From contig CAIYHQ010000110.1 in assembly GCA_903926075.1 (NCBI GenBank), forward strand, positions 22,026 to 46,025: 24,000 nucleotides of DNA, in the 5' to 3' direction. Source of the stretch: an uncultured Methanomicrobiales archaeon (GTDB taxonomy: Archaea; Halobacteriota; Methanomicrobia; Methanomicrobiales; Methanospirillaceae). Made by a program: the position numbers and the translations under genes. This document shows positions 1-7,049 of the stretch, piece after piece (positions within the stretch are counted from its first letter, which is position 1; every line of letters begins with the position of its first letter). The notes beneath the pieces were generated by a model. It had not been told where the DNA came from and made no database searches. It was given only the letters and a program-made list of their open reading frames with translations.

Positions 1-63
1 GAAGAGATCCTTCCAGATAGAAAAACAGCTAAAACATTGAAGAAAGATATTATTGAGTTATAA
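1..63 (+). CDS. 3' end of an unidentified CDS (partial; ...EEILPDRKTAKTLKKDIIEL*)
   Basis: Frame 1 is open from the window edge to TAA at 61-63 and is followed by a T8 run. Too short to identify. Confidence 0.35.
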   Translation, partial: EEILPDRKTAKTLKKDIIEL

Positions 64-83
64 AGCTGCAAAAGAGATCTTCC

Positions 84-91
84 TTTTTTTT
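84..91 (+). terminator. Oligo-T archaeal terminator candidate
   Basis: T8 run 21 nt after the stop at 61-63. It is flanked by the 7-bp inverted repeat ctgcaaa (66-72) / tttgcag (95-101). Confidence 0.4.
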
Positions 92-192
92 GAATTTGCA
101 GGAAAAGGGTTGGAGGTAAACTTCCCGGCAAATTCACAGAGTCTTTTGATTATAGGAAATCCTTTTCTTTTTCTAAATATGAAATGTAGACA

Positions 193-1410
193 ATGAAAAA
201 GAAGTTATTAGCGTCTTTATTCACAATAGCATTTATTTTGTTTTTTATCCTCGCATTCTCTACGGTATATTCGGTCACGATAAAACCCACCTTAAATTCT
301 ACTGTATCAGAAAAAGGAAATATTTCCCAGGCATTGACTGCAACATCCAGGATTTTACCAAATGTTTCAAAGACAATAAAATTGACCCAGACAACGTCAG
401 TAAAAGGGAAAACGCCACTACCTACCCAAAAACCAACTGAACCTGATGTAAATGTCAGTTATATGGGTTCAATAATGAGTGCTGTATATAATGAGTTTCC
501 TGATTTTAATATAACATTTGCAGATTTCGAAGTAACAAACCCTGGAAAAAGTCCGGTAAAAATTACAATCGAATCTGAAATACCAGGGTATTCTGAACTG
601 GCAGTTACAACTGCAATAGTACCGGCAAATACAACCGTTGTTTTTGGGCAGACTCCACTTCTTGTAATGTCAAAAATCCCTGCGACACTTAAGACAGTTA
701 GCTTCCATTACCGTGTAACTGCAGACGGCAAAAATGTCATTGATGAGCAGACTCCGTTATTGAAACTTTTTGCAAAAGATACAATGGTATGGTCGGTTAT
801 AGATGGCGACAAAAAAGTCTCTCAGTCTCAGTTTATTGCTGCATGGGTAACACCACATATCCAGGGAATTCAGGACCTCCTGCGTATCGCTGCCGAGTAC
901 AGTCCAGATCATAGCATAACCGGATATATGTGTAGTGACTGTATTACAGAGGAAGAATGGAGAAACTCCTCAAATAATCAGGTAAAAGCAATTTATGATG
1001 CCCTGAAAAATGAATACAAGATAACGTACATAAGCTCAACCATTGCATTCGGACCCGGTTCAAATGCATATCAACGGGTCCATCTTCCGGAACAGACACT
1101 TATGGACAGCTCTGCGAACTGTATTGACGGTACTGTTCTCTTTGCTTCTGCAATTGAAGCCATGGGTATGAATCCGCTAATTGTCATTATTCCGGGTCAT
1201 GCTTTCGTAGGCTGGAAAATATCCCCTAATTCCGAAGAGATGGAGTTCCTTGAGACAACAATGATAGATACGAATTCTTTTGAAGATGCACTTCAAAGAG
1301 GGGCAAAAGAGTACCAGGGAGAGATAGATAATGGTAACTTTGAAACGAATATGTCAGAAATTATTGATATATCAGAACTAAGAAAAGTGGGAATTACTCC
1401 AATGGAGTGA
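193..1410 (+). CDS. Secreted or membrane-anchored transglutaminase-fold (Cys-His) protein, paralog A
   Basis: 405-aa ORF. N-terminal hydrophobic anchor (LLASLFTIAFILFFILAF), then a T/P/K/S-rich linker and a beta-rich middle region. C-terminal core QRVHLPEQTL..NCIDGTVLFASAIEAMGMNPLIVIIPGHAFVGW..EFLETT fits the transglutaminase-like pattern (G/N-C..a.lfa..l.a.Gi.....HAW/F.....D/E-x-T). Confidence 0.65.
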   Translation: MKKKLLASLFTIAFILFFILAFSTVYSVTIKPTLNSTVSEKGNISQALTATSRILPNVSKTIKLTQTTSVKGKTPLPTQKPTEPDVNVSYMGSIMSAVYNEFPDFNITFADFEVTNPGKSPVKITIESEIPGYSELAVTTAIVPANTTVVFGQTPLLVMSKIPATLKTVSFHYRVTADGKNVIDEQTPLLKLFAKDTMVWSVIDGDKKVSQSQFIAAWVTPHIQGIQDLLRIAAEYSPDHSITGYMCSDCITEEEWRNSSNNQVKAIYDALKNEYKITYISSTIAFGPGSNAYQRVHLPEQTLMDSSANCIDGTVLFASAIEAMGMNPLIVIIPGHAFVGWKISPNSEEMEFLETTMIDTNSFEDALQRGAKEYQGEIDNGNFETNMSEIIDISELRKVGITPME

Positions 1411-1416
1411 AAAAGT

Positions 1417-2649
1417 ATGAGAAAGTTCAATGCAATTATTTTTTTTGCTTTGATAATTCTTGTTCTTGGAATTATTTTAGCAATCACTGGAAATGCTGCC
1501 ACAATATCAAAACCGTCGCCAATCCTGACATTAAAACCAGAAAAAAATTTTACACCATCAGTTTCTGCAACTCTGATAACATCAAAGACGATTCAGGTAA
1601 AGGGAACTCATACAATTCAGCCAAGCCTCAAAATAACGACCAGAGGGCAGGTGACAAGACCTGCAACGATTTCCCTCGCCCCGGTTGTGAAAGTCCGGCA
1701 CATGGATAGTATCATGAGTGGAATTTACAACCAGTATCCTCATCTGAACTATAGCTTTGCAAACTATATCCTTTCGAATCCAGGCAAATCACAAGCTTTG
1801 GTCACTGTTGAATCAGAGATTATTGGTTACTCAGAGAAATCAGTTAATACAATTACCCTCGCACCAGGCGGAAAAGTTCAATTTAATGATACACCCCTCC
1901 TGGTTCTCTCAAAAATACCAAATGAGACTACAACTGCAAGCTTCCATTATAAAGTGTCCGGGCCTGATGGAAGAGTCATTGATGAGAAAACGATTCCTGT
2001 TGAAATATACCCAAAGGATACAATGGTATGGGCAATCTATGATGGAAATGAGTACGTTGATCAGAGCGCATTTATTGCTGCATGGATAACACCACACATT
2101 AGTGCAATCGAAAAAATTCTCAGAGATGCAGCTGAACTCAATCCGGATCATTCAATTGAAGGATATCAGTGTGACTACTGCGTTGATGATCATGACTGGG
2201 AAGGTTACACAAATGGTCAGGTGAAGGCTATCTATGATGCCCTTGCAAAAGATTATAAAATAGCCTATGTTGACTCAAGCATTGCATTCGGCAGGAATGA
2301 GGATGATATACAACGGGTGCATCTTCCAGAAGAGTCCCTGGCATCAAATTCAATTAATTGCATAGATGGTACTGTCCTTTTTGCCTCAGCCCTGGAAGCT
2401 GCAGGTTTAGATCCAGCTATTGTGCTTACACCTGATCATGCATTTGTCGGTTGGTGGATAAGTCCTGACTCAGATTCAATGGATTTTCTCGAGACTACCA
2501 TGATTGGCGAAGCACCATTTTCAGATGCACTCGATGAAGGATCCGCTGAATATGATGATGAACAATCAAATGGAAATTTTGAGACTAATGCTTCTCTTTT
2601 CCTTGATATCTACGAATTGAGAGAGATGGGTATAAGACCAATGGAATAA
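1417..2649 (+). CDS. Secreted or membrane-anchored transglutaminase-fold (Cys-His) protein, paralog B
   Basis: 410-aa ORF starting 7 nt after paralog A, with GGAG overlapping the upstream stop. Same architecture, and by eye roughly half the residues are identical over the last ~320 aa (KDTMVW, FIAAW.TPHI, NPDHSI.GY.C, QVKAIYDAL, QRVHLPE, NCIDGTVLFASA, DHAFVGWWISP, FLETTMI, NGNFETN). Confidence 0.65.
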   Translation: MRKFNAIIFFALIILVLGIILAITGNAATISKPSPILTLKPEKNFTPSVSATLITSKTIQVKGTHTIQPSLKITTRGQVTRPATISLAPVVKVRHMDSIMSGIYNQYPHLNYSFANYILSNPGKSQALVTVESEIIGYSEKSVNTITLAPGGKVQFNDTPLLVLSKIPNETTTASFHYKVSGPDGRVIDEKTIPVEIYPKDTMVWAIYDGNEYVDQSAFIAAWITPHISAIEKILRDAAELNPDHSIEGYQCDYCVDDHDWEGYTNGQVKAIYDALAKDYKIAYVDSSIAFGRNEDDIQRVHLPEESLASNSINCIDGTVLFASALEAAGLDPAIVLTPDHAFVGWWISPDSDSMDFLETTMIGEAPFSDALDEGSAEYDDEQSNGNFETNASLFLDIYELREMGIRPME

Positions 2650-2725
2650 TTTTTATTTTAATATTCATTAATTTTGTTTAAATGTTACACTCGTGAGAGA
2701 ACCAACACAAACAGGTGGGGCTATT

Positions 2726-3226
2726 ATGACGATTCCTTCGACTATAAAAACCAATCCAAAATCTACCAGTTTTTCACTTGAGAGCCAAGACTTTAATTCG
2801 GGTACAAAGATTCCAGATGAATTAACCTGCAGCGGTTCTAACGTCTCTCCAGCTCTTGAATGGATGAATGTTCCTGAATCAGTAAAGAGCTTTGCAATTT
2901 TTATGGACGACCCCGATGCACCCCGAGGTTCATTTACACATTGGCTTATTGCTAATATCCCTGCAAAGACTACAACATTAAAAAAAGGTATTTCGACCGC
3001 AACTACATTGCCAAATGGAAGCATACAGGGCAAAAATGATTTTAACACAGCGGGATACAGAGGGCCATGCCCCCCTCCGGGTAAAGCACATAACTATGTG
3101 ATTCATCTCTATGCTATTGATAACATACTTCCACTAAGTGACTCATTTACAAAGTCTGAATTCGAATCAGCACTGGAGGGACATGTCATTTCAGAAGCTA
3201 AAATTACCGGCTCTTTCGGGAGATAA
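2726..3226 (+). CDS. YbhB/YbcL family phosphatidylethanolamine-binding (PEBP, Raf-kinase-inhibitor-like) protein
   Basis: PEBP motifs DDPDAP..FTHW and GYRGPCPPPGKAHNYVIHLYAID. The ORF track starts at GTG 2693; I prefer ATG 2726 because GGTGG (2714-2718) lies 7 nt upstream. Confidence 0.85.
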   Translation: MTIPSTIKTNPKSTSFSLESQDFNSGTKIPDELTCSGSNVSPALEWMNVPESVKSFAIFMDDPDAPRGSFTHWLIANIPAKTTTLKKGISTATTLPNGSIQGKNDFNTAGYRGPCPPPGKAHNYVIHLYAIDNILPLSDSFTKSEFESALEGHVISEAKITGSFGR

Positions 3227-3237
3227 CCCGGTATCAC

Positions 3238-3244
3238 TTTTTTT
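3238..3244 (+). terminator. Oligo-T terminator candidate after the PEBP gene
   Basis: T7 run 12 nt after the stop at 3226. Confidence 0.4.
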
Positions 3245-3276
3245 CATATTACATTTATTTTAAGGCTCAGTGAGGG

Positions 3277-3286
3277 TTTTATATAG
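3277..3286 (+). promoter_or_regulatory. TATA box candidate for a leaderless transcript starting at about 3308
   Basis: ttttatatag is centred ~26-27 nt upstream of ATG 3308, and no Shine-Dalgarno sequence lies between. This is typical archaeal leaderless geometry. Confidence 0.45.
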
Positions 3287-3307
3287 TTTACCGGGGATTA
3301 TCTCTCT

Positions 3308-4045
3308 ATGGAAGATACTGTTTTTAAAGTTCAGGTAAGGACATTTCCAAGTAAGGGACGTGCCAGGGTCCATATCGACGCGCTTGATCAGATAGGTCTC
3401 AAAGAAGGCGATAGTGCTCTTATTGTGAACCTCTCATCCTCAAAAGAGGTGAAGGTTGCAATAGTTGCAGACAGCCTGGTGGAATCAGGATATATCCGGA
3501 TGAGTCCAGAAGACATGACTGAACTTTCAATCCTTGAAAATGATGAAGTCGTGGTCAGGCGATACATTCCAATCGGAGAAAAAATATCAAAAAACCTGAA
3601 AGATGGAACTGACAATGTCAAAAAAAGTCTTGGTGATACAAAAGATACAATATCAGATAAAATCGGGTCAGCATCCCACGGAATAACAGAGTCAGCATCT
3701 GAAGCATTCGGCAAAGTTGGAGATAGTCTTCCCACGCGTGATGATCTATCAGGTGTTGTTGAGCGGGCAAAACTTCACCTGGCGCCCGGTGAAGAGAAGA
3801 AACTGAAACAAATGCTCGAGAAGAATGAAGGTGCAATCAAATCATATAAGGTATCACAGAATTACAAAGAAATTTCTGGAACTGGCGGAATCTCCCTTCC
3901 CGATGAAGTCCTTATAGCCGCAGTTCAAAGAGGAGAGAAAGTCATTATCCCTGGGCCAGGTCTCAAATTAGAGTCTGAAGATATAGTTTTTCTTGTGGGT
4001 AAAGAGAAGGGGCTAAAAGAGGCTAAATTAATCTTTGAGGAATAG
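3308..4045 (+). CDS. CDC48/VAT-N-like double-psi barrel + 11-residue periodic linker + TrkA-C (RCK_C) domain protein
   Basis: N-terminus FKVQVRTFPSKGRARVHIDALDQIGLKEGDSALIV...GYIRMSPEDMTELSILENDEVVV resembles the VAT-N/CDC48 N-domain. C-terminus ISLPDEVLIAAVQRGEKVIIPGPGLKLESEDIVFLVGKEKGL resembles TrkA-C. Confidence 0.65.
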   Translation: MEDTVFKVQVRTFPSKGRARVHIDALDQIGLKEGDSALIVNLSSSKEVKVAIVADSLVESGYIRMSPEDMTELSILENDEVVVRRYIPIGEKISKNLKDGTDNVKKSLGDTKDTISDKIGSASHGITESASEAFGKVGDSLPTRDDLSGVVERAKLHLAPGEEKKLKQMLEKNEGAIKSYKVSQNYKEISGTGGISLPDEVLIAAVQRGEKVIIPGPGLKLESEDIVFLVGKEKGLKEAKLIFEE

Positions 4046-4046
4046 A

Positions 4047-4442
4047 ATGGATTTTAATTCGATTTTTGGAATGACATCACAGGATTGGATGATTCCCTTT
4101 GTTATAATTAGTGCAACAATAATTATTATTATAATTCTGCTCTTTGCATGGCGTAAAATGACAACCGGGACAAAAAGACTGGAACTTGAACTTGAAAAAG
4201 AAAAAGTCGGGCTCCTGAAAAGAGACCTTGAAATAAAAGGTCATCCTGTGACAAAACTGACCCCTGAGCAATCACACCAGATTCGGACAGTAGAGGATGA
4301 AAATCAAATACTCGAAGTTGAATTGTACGCAAAGCACCGCATTGTTGAGTCCCGGATAAAGAGACTTGAGTATTATGTTGAGATAAGTAAACTTGAGCGG
4401 ATGCTTATAAAACTGGATAACGAAGAGAAAAAGTCAAGGTGA
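4047..4442 (+). CDS. Single-pass membrane protein with cytoplasmic coiled coil
   Basis: TM segment MIPFVIISATIIIIIILLFAW followed by heptad-rich KRLELELEKEKVGLLKRDLEIK...RIKRLEYYVEISKLERMLIKL. ATG 4047 is preceded by GAGGA and lies 1 nt after the upstream stop; the track start TTG 4035 is less likely. Confidence 0.6.
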   Translation: MDFNSIFGMTSQDWMIPFVIISATIIIIIILLFAWRKMTTGTKRLELELEKEKVGLLKRDLEIKGHPVTKLTPEQSHQIRTVEDENQILEVELYAKHRIVESRIKRLEYYVEISKLERMLIKLDNEEKKSR

Positions 4443-4450
4443 AAAGAAAA

Positions 4451-4753
4451 ATGTACGGTTATTCTGATATTACTAATGCTGGAAACAAAGTTTCCACAAG
4501 TTTTCAGGGTTTTTTTACTAATTCGCTGCCTACATTTGAAAAGAGACTCGACCGGTATTTTCTTGAAAATTTTGAAGCAATTATTGATGAATGGGCACTC
4601 CTTACAGAGGATGACCTCCTTGAATTAGAGAGGAGACTGGATAAAGCAATAGATTCTCTAAGAAAACTGGAAAAAAGTCGTTCAGAGATAGAAGATGATC
4701 TTATGGAAATTCAATCGCTGATTAGTGAACTGGAGACAGAGCATGGGAATTGA
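4451..4753 (+). CDS. Small soluble coiled-coil protein, paralog family member 1
   Basis: Core RLDRYFLENFEAIIDEWALLTEDDLLELERRLDKAIDSLRKLE. The start is either ATG 4451 or GTG 4439 (GTGA overlap with the upstream stop). Confidence 0.55.
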   Translation: MYGYSDITNAGNKVSTSFQGFFTNSLPTFEKRLDRYFLENFEAIIDEWALLTEDDLLELERRLDKAIDSLRKLEKSRSEIEDDLMEIQSLISELETEHGN

Positions 4754-4961
4754 TAACTATTTAAATGCCTACGTTGACCGGAGAATGGCACTTCTTATCG
4801 ATGAATATGGAATTACAACAAAAGCCGACCTGGCAGATCAGACCCAGAAAATAAAAAAACTGGAGCAGGCAGTTGAGAAATTTCACACGTTTGACAAGGA
4901 TGCAAAAAAGAGAATAACAAATCTTAAAGAGAGAGTAGATAACCTGAAGGTGAAGGGATAA
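4743..4961 (+). CDS. Small soluble coiled-coil protein, paralog family member 2
   Basis: Core YLNAYVDRRMALLIDEYGITTKADLADQTQKIKKLEQAVEKF. ATG 4743 is preceded by GGAG (4732-4735) and overlaps the upstream gene by 11 nt. Confidence 0.55.
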   Translation: MGIDNYLNAYVDRRMALLIDEYGITTKADLADQTQKIKKLEQAVEKFHTFDKDAKKRITNLKERVDNLKVKG

Positions 4962-5302
4962 TGACTCCGTTTGAAATAATTCTCGTTATTCTTATAATTG
5001 TCGTTATCTGTTTTCTTCTATATTACTTCCTGAAAGGTAGGACTGGGAAAATCAATTTGTCAAGTCCTATTGAGAGCCGACTTGATCAATATCTTGATGT
5101 CAAGTTTGAGGAAATGATAACGGAGTGGTCACTTGTCACAAAAACAGGTCTTGCGAAGTTCGAACTCCTAAACAACGCACGGATCAAAGACGGGGAGGCG
5201 ATTGCAAAGAATTACGGACAATTTGAAGATTCTGTAGGAAAAACCCTTTCAGAACTGGAGGAGAGACTTGAATCTCTTGAAAGGGAGATTAGGAAGCGCT
5301 GA
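4961..5302 (+). CDS. Membrane-anchored coiled-coil protein, paralog family member 3
   Basis: N-terminal TM FEIILVILIIVVICFLLYYFL, then SRLDQYLDVKFEEMITEWSLVTKTGL...LSELEERLESLEREIRKR. The start overlaps the upstream stop (TAATG). Confidence 0.6.
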   Translation: MTPFEIILVILIIVVICFLLYYFLKGRTGKINLSSPIESRLDQYLDVKFEEMITEWSLVTKTGLAKFELLNNARIKDGEAIAKNYGQFEDSVGKTLSELEERLESLEREIRKR

Positions 5303-5660
5303 ACCTCAAAAACATGAAGAAGAGAGAGATCTTTTCCATGTTTTAAGAGAGGTTGTAAAACCCTTGAGGTTTCAGGGAGATCCACCCGGTCGGGACCCGC
5401 ATACTTTCTCGAGGTTTCTTTGTGATCTCTGTCACCTTTCAATACAGATAGAAGGACTAAGGCAATGTGTTATCTGTGGACGGTGGTGCTGCCCTTCATG
5501 CTGGAACGAGGAGTTATACGTCTGCAGGTCATGCAATGGAATTATAAAACTCTATTCCATGAAGATGAAAAGGGATGGAGATGATCCTGGAGCAAGATGC
5601 CACAGTCAAAATACTAATGATCAAATTGATAAGATGTATGAGAGTAAAGAGAAACAATGA
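5268..5660 (+). CDS. Cys-rich zinc-finger protein (four CxxC knuckles, FYVE/RING-like or double zinc ribbon)
   Basis: C52-x2-C55-x11-C67-x2-C70-G-x2-C74-C75-x2-C78-x7-C86-x2-C89. The start is uncertain: the only in-frame ATG is 5268, a 35-nt overlap with the upstream gene, and an internal TTG start is possible. Confidence 0.5.
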   Translation: MNLLKGRLGSAEPQKHEEERDLFHVLREVVKPLRFQGDPPGRDPHTFSRFLCDLCHLSIQIEGLRQCVICGRWCCPSCWNEELYVCRSCNGIIKLYSMKMKRDGDDPGARCHSQNTNDQIDKMYESKEKQ

Positions 5661-5677
5661 AAAGGGGATAAAAGACA

Positions 5678-5836
5678 ATGGCTGATTATCACTGTGACCG
5701 TTGCGGATACAAACTCAGTCATGAAAACTTTTTCATAGTTGATGGCTGTGAAACAGGTTATCATTGCCCACATTGTGGTAATGAAGTTGACTGGGATATC
5801 GATAGTTGTGAAGACCCTCTTGAAGGAGATATCTGA
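5678..5836 (+). CDS. 52-aa zinc-ribbon protein (not in the supplied ORF track)
   Basis: My own translation: MADYHCDRCGYKLSHENFFIVDGCETGYHCPHCGNEVDWDIDSCEDPLEGDI*. It has CxxC...CxxC knuckles, an acidic tail and a purine-rich aaaggggataaaagac directly upstream. Confidence 0.5.
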   Translation: MADYHCDRCGYKLSHENFFIVDGCETGYHCPHCGNEVDWDIDSCEDPLEGDI

Positions 5837-5858
5837 AGAAATAAGATGCGATTGACTC

Positions 5859-6560
5859 ATGGATTATCCCAATATTAGTAGAAAAAAGCCGGACGCTATA
5901 CTCTTTGATCTGGATAATACACTATATGACTTTTACAATGCAAAAATGAAAGCGTGTTGTAGCGTGATTGATATTTTCGGGAAAGGAGAACCTGATACTC
6001 TTTTCTCTTACTTCCTCTTTGGTTCCCATGGCTTTGAAAACCACAAAAATATCCATGATTACATGAAAGACCTCAATATTAATGATGAAGGTCTTTTAAA
6101 ATCAGCATGTGAATGCTACGAGAGCGTAAAACTTGAAAACATCAAAACGTATCCTGGAGTGAAAAAAACTCTTGCTTTTCTTGTAAAAGAAGGTATCAAA
6201 ATGGCAATTGTTACGGATGCCGATATTAAGCAGGCATCACTGAGATTGGATAAGGCAGGCATTACCCGGTTCTTCCAATTTATAATAACCCCCGAAATAT
6301 CCGGAAAAAGAAAACCAAACCCTGAATCGTTTAATTTGGCCTTAAAACGACTATCGGTCAAACCTTTCGGCACATGGATGGTAGGCGACAGTTTGCACAG
6401 GGATATTGAACCCGGAAATCGACTCGGACTTACAACTTTTCATGCTAAATATGGGGAGATGAAAGGAATACGATCATCGAATGTAAAGCCAGATTTTACT
6501 CTTCAGAAATTCGGGGAATTATCTGAAATACTTAGACTTTCAACCCAGGTTCCAATTTAG
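5859..6560 (+). CDS. HAD-superfamily hydrolase (subfamily IA-like phosphatase)
   Basis: HAD motifs: I DLDNTLYD, II VTDA, III KRKPNPE, IV GDSLHRD. Confidence 0.85.
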   Translation: MDYPNISRKKPDAILFDLDNTLYDFYNAKMKACCSVIDIFGKGEPDTLFSYFLFGSHGFENHKNIHDYMKDLNINDEGLLKSACECYESVKLENIKTYPGVKKTLAFLVKEGIKMAIVTDADIKQASLRLDKAGITRFFQFIITPEISGKRKPNPESFNLALKRLSVKPFGTWMVGDSLHRDIEPGNRLGLTTFHAKYGEMKGIRSSNVKPDFTLQKFGELSEILRLSTQVPI

Positions 6561-6572
6561 TATCTGAAAACA

Positions 6573-7001
6573 TTATAATAATTCCTCTTCAGTACACCAC
6601 ACTTCAAAAACAAGTGATCCTTCGCTTGGAAGGGGGAGATTCTCATTGCGGTTGAGAGCAATTCGTTTTGTAATTTTCCGTCCTTCAATAATGTATGCTT
6701 TTCGCAGAGGCCACTCTGGCTGCACTGAAATGTCTTTATCATAAAGAAACCTTTGCGCAAGTAAAGGAGTACAATGAATTTCAGGTGAAATCTGGAGAAC
6801 TGCCTCCTCAACATATCGCCTGATATACCAGCGGAGTTCACTAATAAGTGCGAGAGAACTGCCTAATGAGCCGGTTATGAGAGTTATTCCATAAATTTCT
6901 TCAGTCGGCCGATAAAATTTCAAAGCGTCTCTTGAAGTTTCAGAAGAGACGAGAATGTTATAGAGATTTAAATTCTCTTTTGCAAAGAAAGTGATACGCA
7001 T
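6573..7001 (-). CDS. Hypothetical protein (142 aa), family not recognised
   Basis: Long ORF with coding-like composition, located 48 nt downstream of PAN on the same strand. I could find no recognisable motifs. Confidence 0.5.
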   Translation of the reverse strand: MRITFFAKENLNLYNILVSSETSRDALKFYRPTEEIYGITLITGSLGSSLALISELRWYIRRYVEEAVLQISPEIHCTPLLAQRFLYDKDISVQPEWPLRKAYIIEGRKITKRIALNRNENLPLPSEGSLVFEVWCTEEELL

Positions 7002-7049
7002 TATCGGGAAAAGCAGATGAAATATGGGGATTGAATTTTTAATTAATAT

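Larger units (their letters stand above)
193..2649 (+). repeat. Tandem gene duplication (two diverged ~1.2-kb copies)
   Basis: Similarity is still visible at DNA level, e.g. gatacaatggtatgg (779-793 / 2018-2032) and tttattgctgcatgg.taacaccaca (832-857 / 2071-2096). Confidence 0.7.

Noticed and set aside
1407-2151. Alternative-frame ORFs inside paralog B (1407-1709, 1757-2089, and 1909-2151 on the minus strand)
   Set aside because: They overlap a 410-aa ORF that is strongly supported by its paralogy to 193-1410.
2668-3048. 126-aa minus-strand ORF
   Set aside because: It is antisense to the clearly recognisable PEBP-family gene.
5621-5860. 79-aa minus-strand ORF from the track
   Set aside because: The opposite strand holds a compact zinc-ribbon ORF (5678-5836) with CxxC knuckles, co-oriented with the flanking genes. 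The minus-strand product has no features.
6557-6841. 94-aa minus-strand ORF
   Set aside because: It is an alternative frame of the longer 6573-7001 ORF and would run into the convergent HAD gene end.
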